DNA of 63,922 nucleotides, counting the filler, from Octopus bimaculoides (Eukaryota), in assembly GCF_001194135.2 (NCBI RefSeq). It is 6 parts of 4 records of this genome, joined end to end, with 100 filler letters (N's around TTAATTAATTAA, not from the genome) between each part and the next. Parts side by side here need not be neighbours in the genome. Positions count along the whole stretch, not along the records: positions 1 to 16,616 come from NC_069003.1; positions 16,717 to 39,274 come from NC_068984.1; 4 more parts are not named here. One strand, given 5' to 3'. The notes beneath the pieces were generated by a model. The model searched no databases and was not told the DNA's origin. It was given only the letters and a program-made list of their open reading frames with translations. Positions 13,800-25,558 of this stretch are shown in pieces (position 1 is the stretch's first letter; every line of letters starts with the position of its first letter). Made by a program: the position numbers and the translations under genes.

Positions 13800-14642
13800 A
13801 TCCTTTCTACTGGAAGCACACTGACTTTACCTGGAAACAATTTCTACGTTGGATTTCCTCTGCGTCATGTCTTTCATTTAATTTCATTTCGCATTCTTCT
13901 GACAGTTATAACCTGGCTCATTTCCAACTTTGCAAGAATTGTCGTTCCGACTTCTGCATCCTTCTTAGCAGTAAGTCCCTGTGCATAAATCTGGCATTTG
14001 AACGAATTAGTTGGTGCAGTTTAAACCTCTCTCATTCCTTGCTCACTCTATCCGCATATGTAGTAAAGTCTGTGTCATCACCTTTCTCAATGTTCAAACA
14101 CTTCCAATGTGTGTTGAACAACGAGATTCTTTTACTGAACATCTTTCATAAAATATCAATTGTGACCGTAAAATTTATGTCAGAAGATTTTTTTAGGCCT
14201 TTTTGATGCTCTGTTGTTGCCAGTTTCCTCAAAATTAGACCTGTTTTCATTTCGTCAGTCCAGTCTTGACATTCTTTTTCGAAAATCTGTTCAAATCTTC
14301 AGTAATATGCTTCAAAAGTGATTCCTTCTTCCGCGTCATATTTAAATTCATTTATTGAATTCGCTACATGGTCTGGCGAAAACATATTTTCAGGTTTTGG
14401 TACCAACTTTATTAGTTGTAGCATTTGTTGTTGTAACATTTGTTGTTGTTCTTGTTGTTCTTTGAGTTTTTGTTGCTGTTTCTGCAACTCAACTAAGCCA
14501 ATCAATAAGTTTTCTATGATTTTACAAATTTTTCGTAAAATGTGTACAACAAAACGTTTGTTACTCCTCTGTCGAGTTGTTTTTTTCCACGTGAATTTTT
14601 TTTTAAATTTCCTCTGTGTTTTTTAACGTCGTCGACGCGAAT
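13800..14642 (-). mobile_element. Gypsy/Ty3-like LTR retrotransposon gag relic
   Basis: Minus-strand translation EFKYDAEEGITFEAYY*RFEQIF and CLNIEKGDDTDFTTYADRVSKECERFKL resembles metazoan Gypsy gag; PBS-like TCGCGTCGACGAC lies next to the LTR. Confidence 0.75.
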
Positions 14643-15005
14643 TGTTTATATCCTCGTTGCCACTGTTATGATGTGGTGTTTTCCACAGTTATAGTGTGTA
14701 GCTACTGTTGTAACTGTAGCTCTTATAGTACTAGGAACCACGATATTTTCTTGGTATCGGATACAGAGTATCTCTTCTATACCGGAATGGTAATACACCG
14801 CTTCGTCTATCGTGCTATCGCTGATAGCTCTGCAAGGCACCGACTTTGAACCGTCTACCTTTGACACTGAACTCCAAATGAGAACTCGTACAACGACTAT
14901 ACAATGACTGACATACAACTCCCTGTACTGGTTGATGTCGCCTCACTTAATAATGTCTCCCTCATACCACTTGGCCCGTGGGAGTGGTGTACCATTTCCA
15001 CTACA
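14643..15005 (-). mobile_element. 5' LTR (~363 bp) of the Gypsy relic
   Basis: On the minus strand it begins TGTAGTGG and ends TAAACA, immediately before the PBS-like motif and gag. Confidence 0.65.
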
Positions 15006-15039
15006 ATACATACATACGTACGTACGTACAGGCACACAT

Positions 15040-15900
15040 ACATCTTCAGAGTTGGAGAAGAGCTACTGTGCAGGTACTCTGAGACTACAACTGTCTCATG
15101 CGACCCAAAGGAGGTTGTATTGGTCTACCTAGACAGAGGCTTGCAGGCGATTCAGGTATCATATCAACAAAAAGCAATGCGTAAGTACATACTCCATACG
15201 CTAGGTGGTAACAGCAACATTGACAGGAACAGAAGCCTCTCCTGCGATAGATACATTACATCCCTCCTAGAAGGATATGCCTTCGTTATCCACGAACGGG
15301 AGATAGTTATTAAATACCTGATAAACAAGAGGGACAAGGATATCACCACATCTCTATGTTGTGATAAAAAGTGTCGGCTCTTCTATACCGGTGTGGAAAA
15401 TATCTCCCACATCAGCAGTAGCTGTCCCAAAATGTCTACGAGATACTACCTGCCCCTGAGGCATGATATAGTTCAATAGATTATTTACAGTGCTATCCTC
15501 AAAGAGGACTGCCCTGGAGTATACCTCAAAGACATGTCAGAACCAGCAGGTATTCACACCTTTAACTACAAGGAATAATGGTGGAACATTCCAGTAAAAG
15601 CATCGATTCGGTGCAAACATAACATATCTGAAATGTTTCAGTGGGACAGGGAATAAAAGTCATTCACTGTTGTAGAGATCAGCTGCCCAGCGAATATGAA
15701 TGTACGATTAAAAGTCCAGGAAAAAAGAGAACATATATGGTGAATAATTGTGTGACTTACAGCTCCTCGACCCTGATTGTGAAATCTCATTTGTATCTAT
15801 CATCATAGGTGCATTGAGTAATGCACCAACAAATTTGCACGGCGGAAGAGCAAAAGAAACTGGCGCGGATTCTCTAAATCCAATCTCTTAGTGGCACAGT
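15040..15900 (+). mobile_element. R4/Dong-like RLE LINE 3' relic
   Basis: CRL...VENISHISSSCPKMSTRYYLPLRHD knuckle, followed by degenerate WWNIPVK, VVEISCP and IIIGAL motifs of the RLE nuclease. Confidence 0.85.
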
Positions 15901-16660
15901 GAAGATTTGTAAGACATTTCCAAAATTCTCCACGTGAGCTTCTTATGTCAATAGATGAACACACTTGGGTGCATGAATCGACAATTCTACCAAAAAACAC
16001 CAACTCAACCACATATTCACAAACATCTGGAACTCGACTCAAAGGTCCTGTCGCTTTGTTAGCGACCGGCTTGAACTCTCTTCCATGCAGAACAAGTGAA
16101 GGACTCCCTCTCCACATAGGTAAGAAGGAGCCAAAATCACTACCTAAAAAGATGTAAAGTTACGGAAGCGTCGATGACAATTCAAATCCAACTAGACCTC
16201 AAAGAGAGAGAGAGAAACCATCTTCAAAGAAACGTATGACGTAATGTATCAAAATCTGAAAGGAACCTACAAGGTTGACTTCTCTTTTGACTACCAGAAA
16301 AGGCAGAGCTGAAAAAGAAACTGTTGAGGAGTGAGAAAAAAAAAAACAATCTCGAGTCGATGACAGTTGAGAAGAGTCGTCGATGGCTTATACTTCATAG
16401 AAGACGAACAGTTTAAGTAAAAAGTAATCTTCTTGTAGTTTCCGACTACCATATTCACTTACAATGAATTGCTCGACAAGGATGATATTATAAGATACTT
16501 GCCCAATGTGCTGCGCAGTGGGACTGAATCTGAAACCGCGCTATTACAGCGAGAACCTTTTAACCACACCACCATGACTTAGTTGTTAGGGATGAATGTA
16601 TGTATGAATATATATANNNNNNNNNNNNNNNNNNNNNNNNNNNNNNNNNNNNNNNNNNNN

Positions 16661-16672
16661 TTAATTAATTAA
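16661..16672. other. Assembly linker TTAATTAATTAA (six-frame stop) inside a gap; also at 39319, 54600, 59518 and 62490
   Basis: Identical 12-mer centred in ~100-nt N runs (44 N on each side at 16617-16716) at five sites. Confidence 0.95.
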
Positions 16673-16716
16673 NNNNNNNNNNNNNNNNNNNNNNNNNNNN
16701 NNNNNNNNNNNNNNNN

Positions 16717-17040
16717 ATCGACCCCAGGACTTATTCTTTGTAAGCCTAGTACGTATTCTATCAGTCTCTTTTGCCGAACAGCTAAGTTACGGGGACGTAA
16801 ACACACCAGAATCGGTTGTCAAGCAATGTTGGGGGGACAAACACAGACACACACATACATATATATACATATATACGACGGGCTTCTTTCAGTTTCCGCC
16901 TACCAAATCCACTCACAAGGCTTTGGTCGGCCCAAGGCTATAGTAGAAGACACTTGCTCAAGGTGCCACGCAGTGGGACTGAACCCGGAACCATGTTGTT
17001 GGTAAGCAAGCTACTTACCACACAGCCACTCCTGCGCCTA
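16717..17040 (-). mobile_element. SINE family A
   Basis: Reverse complement of the family consensus; head at ~17040. Confidence 0.85.
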
Positions 17041-17044
17041 TAAT

Positions 17045-17480
17045 TAAATCTAAATTAAAATCTAAAAAAATATAAATACCTACCGGCCGCAGAAACCCGC
17101 GATATGCTGAGAAGTCCGAGATATACTGAGAAGTCCGCGATATAAATTTACATATATTAGCCAGAAAAATCTGCGATGTACTGAGTGTGCGATAGGTGAA
17201 CCGCGATGTACTGAGTGCGTGATAGAAGAACCGCGATGTACTGAGTGCGCGATCGGTGAACTGCGTTGTACTGAGTGCGTGATAGGTGAACCGCGATCTA
17301 CTGAGTGCGCGAAAGGTGAACCGCGATCTACTGAGTGCGTGAAAGGTGAACCGCGATGTACTGAGTGCGAGATAGGTGAACTGCGATGTACTGAGTGCAC
17401 GAAAGGTGAACTGCGATGTACTGAGTGCATGATAGGTGAACCGTGATGTACTAACCGTGATATGGCGAGGGATCACTGTA
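17045..17480. mobile_element. pogo/Tigger-like MITE remnant with a 30-bp tandem array
   Basis: Right end AACCGTGATATGGCGAGGGATCACTG+TA resembles pogo-type TIRs. Nine full 30-bp units (CCGCGATGTACTGAGTGCGYGATAGGTGAA) at 17171-17440 plus a partial unit. No left TIR seen. Confidence 0.7.
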
Positions 17481-17519
17481 TTACTGAACTAAAACATCAT
17501 CATCGAAATTAAATGTAAA

Positions 17520-17935
17520 GGCGCAGGCGTGGCTGTGTGTTAAGAAGCCTGCTTCCCAACCACATGGTTCCGGGTTCAGTCCCACTGCGTGGTACCTTGG
17601 GCAAGTGTTTTCTACTATAGCCTCGGGCCGACCAAGGCCTTGTGAGTGGATTCGGTAGACGGAAACTGAAAGAAGCCCGTCGTATAATGTGTATATTTGT
17701 GTGTGTGTGTGTATGTATGCATTTGTGTGTCTGTGTTTGTTCCCCCCACACCATCGCCTGACAACCGATGTTGGTGTGTTTACGTCTCCGTAACTTAGCG
17801 GTACGGCCACAGACACCGACAGAATAAGTACTAGGCTTACAAGGAATAAGTCCTGGGGTTGATTTCTTCGACTAAAATCGGTGCCCCAGCATGGCCGCAG
17901 TCAAACGACTGAAACAGCTAAAAGAAGAAAGAATA
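17520..17935 (+). mobile_element. SINE family A, full length
   Basis: GGCGCAGGCGTGGCTGTGTG head, GGTTCAGTCCC B-box, CCTTGGGCAAGTG CORE-like segment, full tail. Confidence 0.9.
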
Positions 17936-18175
17936 CTTTTTATTTTCTTTACTTGTTTCAGTCATTAGACTGCGGCCATGCTGGGGCACCACCTTGAAGA
18001 ATGTTTTTTTTTTTAGACGATTGTATCAACCCCAGTACTAGCTTTTTTTTTTAAGCCTGGTACTTATTCTATCGATCCCTTTTGCCGAACCGCTAAGTTA
18101 CGGGGGACATAAACTCACCAGTACTGTTTGTGAAGCGGTGGTGGTGGTGGTGGGACAAACACAGACACAGTGACA
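17936..18175 (-). mobile_element. SINE family A, 3' half, tail-to-tail with the previous copy
   Basis: Reverse complement of the family tail. Confidence 0.8.
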
Positions 18176-18607
18176 CACACACACACACACAACAACAACA
18201 ACAACAACAACAACAGCAACAACAACAGTCATGGCCACTCCTCAATACTAGCACAGTTGATTGATTAAGCTACACCATCAACAGTCCTTCACAGCCCACC
18301 TATCTACAATCCTCATTTCCTCTGATTATCACAACTGAGCCATCACGTTCCCCTGCTACGACCCTTATCACAACTAAACATTAACAAGATCGTCAGCCGC
18401 AGTCACTCCTCAATGTCAACACAATCCACGACCTATTAAACAACACAGACCCTGGCTCTTCTCCACAGTCAGACTAATCAAATTCCTCTCAGAATAAGAC
18501 AAGAGGTCCATTATAACCATTGTCATCCTATACTACTACTACTACTACAATTAGTGAAGAATCACTCCTTTCTTTCCAACCCCATTGTTCTCCTCAGTCA
18601 CAATGTG

Positions 18608-19083
18608 GGATCTTTTTTAAAACGGGGGCAACATTTTTCATTAACGTGTGAAAGTTGTCGTATTTCTGTAATTTCAACCAATCACTGACGTCCATTCAGC
18701 CGATATACATTAAGTGCCGACTACATAAACAAACGATTCTGAAACAATTAACCCTAACCCTAACCCTAGGGTTAGGGTTAGGGTTAGGGTTAAAGCAAAT
18801 TTAAAATGAAAAAAGCAAATAAAACGAAGGTATGGAGATTAAATACGCTTTACATCGCTTAATCAGCCAAAGGAGTAAATATAAACAACTGAATACTTGT
18901 CAGTGATTGGTTGAAATTATCGAAATAAGACAATTTTTTACATGAAATAAATTCGAATACAAAAATATTTTTCTGTTCTATAACACAAAATAGATAAGTA
19001 TACGAAGTTTGAAAGTCTTTCCGTACCAAAAACACTACGTAAAACATTAATGAAAAATGTGGCCCCCGTTTTAAAATAGATCC
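18608..19083. mobile_element. Non-autonomous TIR element with internal telomeric repeats, copy 1
   Basis: TIRs GGATCT(T/A)TTTTAAAACGGGGGC(A/C)ACATTTTTCATTAA; near-perfect 8-bp TSD ACAATGTG/ATAATGTG; central (CCCTAA)3-(TTAGGG)4 block at ~18750-18792. Confidence 0.9.
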
Positions 19084-19319
19084 ATAATGTGTACTTCACG
19101 GGTCCAAGATAAATTTGGCAACTGTAAATAAAGCAAAATTTATGAACACACGAAATCCAGAAACATGCCGCTGTTCTCAATGCGAGGGTCTATGCATATA
19201 CTCTGACTGCAACTTCACCCTTTTTTTCCTGGGACCAGACGCACAATCGTGCAAGCAATATCAGCGATCACCGAAGCACATGTCTTACACCACCACCACC
19301 ACCACCAACCACCAATCAT

Positions 19320-19372
19320 CGTAAAGTCGATTGGCCGTAAGTCGGATAGGTCGTAAGTCGACGACGACTTGT
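19320..19372. mobile_element. Tigger-like TIR remnant
   Basis: GTCGTAAGTCGACGACGACTTGTA resembles the reverse complement of TACAGGTAGTCCTCGACTTACGAC-type ends. Confidence 0.4.
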
Positions 19373-20061
19373 ATGTAATTTGGGAGAGATTTGGCTGCTT
19401 TTTCTAGCGGGTTCATCCAAAAGTTTATGGTGTTAGCCACAGCAATGGTGACAAGTTGCTCAACAGATACGTGACAAGTTCATTCTTAAAATGCTCCAAT
19501 GTCTAAACACAGAGTCCCTTTCAGTGTTTCGTAATCTTTGTGTTTGGTCAAGTAATAGTTTTCAAGTTTGGGTGATCCTCGTGTTTACTTCACTTCACCA
19601 GCCAACAGTCGTTTTAATGGGTCTTTTTATGAATGTATTTGGCGACTGAAGATGTGTTTGCACGTGTGTGTGTGTTGCTTACTATATCACATTATTAAGA
19701 ATGTTTAAAGTATTAAAATGTATTTAGATGCATGTATATGACACATATAAAATACAAATCCAGAGCCGGGAGAAAAAAATGGGAGAAAAGGAACGAGGAA
19801 AGAAGAAGAAGAAAAAAAAGCAAAACATATCAATGAAGAATTTACTGTTATAGTTGTGCATATTGGTGTTGTTTTGCAAACCAAAATATCTGAGAGAAAT
19901 TCCTACACGACAAAGTATTAACTCATGGATTGCCACTATCAACGACACGTTTTCATTCATGGCAAGCCAGAATACCATCCTTACCTCATCCCCCGCCCAC
20001 CAGATAGACAGATAGATAAAAAGACATTCAGACAGACAGGCAGATAGATAGATAGATAAAT

Positions 20062-20138
<77 letters not shown>

Positions 20139-20189
20139 TTCACCGGCCGCCAAACGATTATTACTGATTGACGACAGTAAAAGCAGAGA

Positions 20190-20350
20190 CGTGAAGTCAA
20201 GGTCGCCTAAGATTGTACTTTCTGTAAACTGCAATCAAATCTTTACAAAGACAGGTTCCATTTACTTCTATGTAACAATAATTATTGTCTCTCCAGTTCT
20301 CATCAAACAAAGAACCATTGCCAGCAACTCTTTTTCTTTTATTAGTACCA
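20190..20350 (-). mobile_element. hAT (Charlie/SPIN-like) transposase N-terminal relic
   Basis: MVGTNKRKRVAGNGSLFDENWRDNNYCYIEVNGTCLCKDLIAVYRKYNLRR resembles the KRK..F...W...Y...E.NG...CL.C...AV.K.YNLRRH zinc-finger start of these transposases. Confidence 0.75.
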
Positions 20351-20754
20351 ACCATTGCACCATTGCAGAAGGATTACTTTCATTCGCTTATAACATTGGT
20401 TCAAAACAGTTAAAAGAAATAGGCAAACGAACTTCTAAATTCTAGTTGTAACTGTTATCTTCAATTAGTATGTATCCCGACTTAAGATTTGTCACAAGAC
20501 AACCTTTACGGTTACAAGAAAAGTTTCTTTAAGTTTCACGAGGTATTGAAAATAAGTCATATTTTATCAATATTTTAAGGCGTAAAGATCAAAATATTAA
20601 TTTCATATAACTTGCTTTCAACTCAACACCTCATAAGGCATAAAAAACTTTACAGAGCTTGCAGTGTGAAATTTATCTCATGATCCCGAATACGTAAGAC
20701 ACACTGTTATTTATTTTTTTTTTTCCGAATAGGAATTTTACAGAATTTTGCTCG

Positions 20755-20936
20755 CAGACAGAGACGTAGCCAGGTTCTAATGTTAACGGGAGCGAACACA
20801 TTAAAAAGAAAAGGCGCCGTGACGCATACTAAACAAATTTAAACTAATTTCTCAATTGTAGGAACGGCTTCAATTTTGAAAAATATGCTGGTAGGAAGCG
20901 GTCGTTTCCCTGGCTCCCCTATTAGCTACGCCATCA
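20755..20936. mobile_element. Degenerate MITE (CAG..CGTAGC / GCTACG ends)
   Basis: CAGAGACGTAGCCAGG ... TTAGCTACGCCAT imperfect inverted ends; no clear TSD. Confidence 0.4.
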
Positions 20937-21154
20937 AGTTTGAATGAAAGCAAAAGGTTTTCCCAACTCTGGCGTAAAGGTACCTTCGCTGGCTCTTTGC
21001 TGTTGTTGGAAATAATGTCACTGTTTCTGTAGTTTGTATCAAAACTGCTTCTATAACCTACATGAATGGATGATACAAAGTTTTAGTGAAAATGTAAAGA
21101 CAAGTGTAGTGGCTTCATGCAGGCAAGGCGTGGATTCGATCCTCGATAGCTAAA

Positions 21155-21226
21155 TTTCACTTAACAGTTCAACAACACTTTTCTCACGTTTTTCACTTAA
21201 CAGTTCAACAACACTTTTCTCACGTT
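21155..21226. repeat. Perfect 36-bp tandem duplication
   Basis: TTTCACTTAACAGTTCAACAACACTTTTCTCACGTT occurs twice in tandem. Confidence 0.9.
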
Positions 21227-21642
21227 AAAACAATAGTTTTTCAGCGAGTGACAACAGTTACATTTGCCAGATGCCTTCGCTAAGCAGAACAATGTATTTG
21301 CCACTTGACCCTTCTAACCTCTTCAAGGCCACCAAAATCTAGAATTGAGATAACATGTATCACCAACGAAATCTATTGTTCTCAACAATATGTCTATCTT
21401 TCTAACTAGTTTTGGATAGTTATAAAAACAAGAACTCCGTAAGCAAAAATTAATTAGTGAGAACCAAGTCTGGCTGACCCGGCTGAACAAAACGCCGTCT
21501 CTGGAGGAAAAGACACAAAGGGACAACTATAGTAACTCACCAACAAAGCAGTTGTTTCGTCCCACCACTCTCACTTTCACTAGCTCACTTTCTTTTCTCT
21601 GTAACATTACCATCTCTTTCTATATATACTATGAGATCGTGT

Positions 21643-22291
21643 GGATCTATTTCAAAACGGGGACACCAGTATTTTCTTAACGAAACACTAACGAGACACT
21701 TTGAAACTTGGGACACTGGTAGAATGTGTCATATAAAACATCTTTTACTCTTAGTCTTCTTAACAAAAAAACGTACATCGCAAGTTATTCCATGTTAAAG
21801 TTGTCGTATTTCTGTAATTTCAACCAATCACTGACGTCTATTCAGCTGAATAGAGTTACTGCTGGGCGGTCATAAAAATGTTATTCCCTGTGACATATTT
21901 CATCCGGTTTAATCGTAATTTATACGCATATATTGTTTATAAAATAAATTACGCTGTGCGTATCTATGTGTGTAACAATTTTAGAGTTCGGATTCTAGAG
22001 TTAGGGTTAGGGTTAGGGTTAACAGTCTAGTTAGGGTTAGGGTTAGGGTTAGGGGATTAATACGATATACACCGTTACAGCGCTAACTGTTTTCAACTGA
22101 ATAGACGTCAGTGATTAGTAGAAATTATCGAAATAAGACAATTTTTTACATGAAATAAATTCGAATACAAAAATTTTTTTCTGTTCTATAACACAAAATA
22201 GATAAGTATACGAAGTTTGAAAGTCTTTCGGTACCAAAAACACTACATAAAACATAAATGAAAACTGGTGCCCCCGTTTTGAAATAGATCC
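21643..22291. mobile_element. Non-autonomous TIR element with internal telomeric repeats, copy 2
   Basis: TIR GGATCTATTTCAAAACGGGG; perfect 8-bp TSD GATCGTGT (21635-21642 and 22292-22299); two (TTAGGG)n tracts at ~22001-22054; shares subterminal blocks with copy 1. Confidence 0.92.
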
Positions 22292-22597
22292 GATCGTGTA
22301 CACGCATACAGGCTGAAATTAACTTTCTTTACCGTGCATGCTTTACGAACTGTGTTATACTATTACACTAGACTACCCGTCGTGGTATGGCATATATTAA
22401 AGTAACGGTAAATAAATATTTCTTTACAACTTCGATCACTGTTCTTCTTTCACATCTTACAAGTGGTAATCAACGAATATTATAACCGTTACAATTGGTG
22501 ACCCTCTATTGCAACGAAGAAGCAACACGAATAAGAGAAAAGACTCTTTCTTCTTTTGTTTTCGCATCATTACTCTGTCTAGATGCCTTCTTATAAC

Positions 22598-22639
<42 letters not shown>

Positions 22640-23261
22640 GTATTCCTCTGTCTTATTCATACCCGTCTAACATATTTTCCTCTCATTTCTTCTCTGCTGA
22701 AGATGCTTCATCTTCTCACGGCCTATATCATTTGTTCTTTTTCGTGGAATAAAGGAAAAAAGGAGGAGACTGGCAGACAGAGAAATACGTGACAGCATAT
22801 ATGTCTAAGTAGGTGTATTTCTGTGATATCAAGTTAACAGCAGCTCTTTTGTCAACAGACTTCCCCCTGTGTGTTATTTACTCGAAGAGCAAAGAAAAAA
22901 TTGTGTAAATTCATGTCCTAGGTGGGGCAGATAGAAAAAACAATAACACAAGATAAGGAGAGGTGATAAAGGGGGGGAAAAATACACGCAAGTGGAGGTA
23001 TGCAGGTGAGGTGAAAATAAAGAAAGGAAAAGGAGATTGAATGAAATTGGCTGCTACCTGGAAAGGATTGTGTGTCCTGTTCTGTTTCAAGGTATAATCA
23101 GGGTAGGGAACAGGAAAAGTTGAAATAGTACAACTATTAATTACCTTGAAAAGGAAATAGTTGTATATCCTGTCAATAATATAGCCAATGGCCATAAGTC
23201 TTAAAATATTTCTATCAACTAATAAACGACTCTATGAAACCTGTTGAGTGAGTGAGTGAGT

Positions 23262-23311
<50 letters not shown>

Positions 23312-23449
23312 CTTTATTAGGAAACGGATCTTATTTTTGTTCCTTCTATAACTTGAATGAAACATCTATATATCAATCCAAGCTATATTATACATAGGGT
23401 AGAAGCCTGCAGAAAATGAAAACTGAGTAAGAATGTGTCAAGGCAGAAG

Positions 23450-23489
<40 letters not shown>

Positions 23490-23495
<6 letters not shown>

Positions 23496-23840
23496 TTTTA
23501 TTCTTTTATTTGTTTCAATTATTTGACTCCGGCTATTTTGGCGCACGGCCTTTAGTCGATCAAATCGACCCCCAGGACTTATTCTTTGTAAGCCTAGTAC
23601 TTATCCTATCGGTCTCTTTTGCAGGACTTTCGAAAATAGGTGGAGGAAGGGATGGAGGGAGGGAGGGATACTCCATGTTTTCAAATTTCTAGGCAAAATA
23701 CAGCTAAGAAGTTCGTTTTGCAACAACGCGACCATGGGTTCGATTTCACTACGTGACATCTTGGGCAAGTGTATTTTAGTATAACCCCGGGTCGACTATG
23801 CCTTGTGAGAATTGATTGATGGAAACTGTATGGAAACCCG
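23490..23840. mobile_element. Two SINE family A fragments (23490-23625 minus; 23705-23840 plus)
   Basis: Tail and head fragments of the family consensus. Confidence 0.7.
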
Positions 23841-24069
23841 ATAAATGGATTGTGACTGTAAATGAAAGGTCAAGCCTTGCCATTGTGTCTCACTGGTTCT
23901 ACTCGAAGATTAAGGGTGAACTTGATATAAATAGCCGCAACTGAGAGTTTTGAATGGCCAAAGGTCAGTAATACATATGAAAGTCAGTGAAACGGTCTTT
24001 CTTTCGCATTTTTCTCTAAAATGTTCTGATCTTCTTTTTTCAAAGTGTCTTAGTTCCTTGATGAACTAA

Positions 24070-24320
24070 TCTTTTGTACGTTATGACAGGTTAGCTTGGG
24101 AAGTCAAGTAGTTGTAGTCGATGAAAATGGTAGGAGTACCAATAATTGTCGATGAAAATGGTAGGAGTACCAATAATTGTCGGAGCCCTGGGAACAGTGA
24201 GCAAAAGTTTCGAGAAGTACGTCGAACAAATAGGGGCTGCAATAAGGGTGGAGCACTTGGAGAAAACAGCACTGCTTGGAACCGCTCGAATACTCTGGAA
24301 GGTGCTCCAAAAATAAGAGG
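24070..24320 (+). mobile_element. R4/Dong-like LINE C-terminal relic
   Basis: VGVPIIVGALGTVSKSFEKYVEQIG...TALLGTARILWKVL*; includes an internal ~31-bp tandem duplication. Confidence 0.8.
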
Positions 24321-25505
24321 TTGTAGTGAAACTACCTCCCGCCATTAGATACAAACTACTATCGCCATTACATACAATCTTCTCATTTAAATATAAATAA
24401 ATGCGAGCGTAGTAGAGAACCCATTCCTTGACATCACGTGACTGATCATTATTCGAATCGTCAACTTCTTCGAACCTTTCCCGCCAGAACGCAAACTGAC
24501 CAATCACGGCCCCTAATAAGGTCACGTGATAGAGTAAAATTCTAAAGGCATTTGGAGCCCTCTTAACGCTATATATAGATCAACTCATACCCAATAATTT
24601 GTCTCGGTCCAGTTTCTCTTTGAGAACTGTTCCGTGTACCACACGACNNNNNNNNNNNNNNNNNNNNNNNNNNNNNNNNNNNNNNNNNNNNNNNNNNNNN
24701 NNNNNNNNNNNNNNNNNNNNNNNNNNNNNNNNNNNNNNNNNNNNNNNNNNNNNNNNNNNNNNNNNNNNNNNNNNNNNNNNNNNNNNNNNNNNNNNNNNNN
24801 NNNNNNNNNNNNNNNNNNNNNNNNNNNNNNNNNNNNNNNNNNNNNNNNNNNNNNNNNNNNNNNNNNNNNNNNNNNNNNNNNNNNNNNNNNNNNNNNNNNN
24901 NNNNNNNNNNNNNNNNNNNNNNNNNNNNNNNNNNNNNNNNNNNNNNNNNNNNNNNNNNNNNNNNNNNNNNNNNNNNNNNNNNNNNNNNNNNNNNNNNNNN
25001 NNNNNNNNNNNNNNNNNNNNNNNNNNNNNNNNNNNNNNNNNNNNNNNNNNNNNNNNNNNNNNNNNNNNNNNNNNNNNNNNNNNNNNNNNNNNNNNNNNNN
25101 NNNNNNNNNNNNNNNNNNNNNNNNNNNNNNNNNNNNNNNNNNNNNNNNNNNNNNNNNNNNNNNNNNNNNNNNNNNNNNNNNNNNNNNNNNNNNNNNNNNN
25201 ATCTTTAACGCTACAATAAATATTTCTGTTATTCATCTAATACGGTTGTGGTCTTTCATTACTGGTCATCTATGTTATCGTCGTATAACATATCATCTAT
25301 ATCATCTTTGATATATATTTGTATGTTCGACCGTGTGACACGTTTAAATAAAAGGAGTCCTCTGTTTTTCCATTCGTCACCACATCTCCTTTTATGAGTT
25401 CGCACGGTCGTCCCTAACAAGGTGTTACCTTAGTTCATTGGTAGTGAACAGCTGACACCGTAGTACATTTCCAGCGTTAGAAGCTGTGCAAATGCAATGA
25501 TGATG

Positions 25506-25558
<53 letters not shown>

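Noticed and set aside
17171-17452. CRISPR-like regular array
   Set aside because: No unique spacers, no cas genes, eukaryotic context.
18750-18792. Ancient telomere fusion site
   Set aside because: Lies inside a TSD-flanked TIR element with relatives elsewhere in the window.
19980-20200. Possible first exon or promoter of a minus-strand gene
   Set aside because: The upstream sequence is a hAT transposase relic and the rest is microsatellite.
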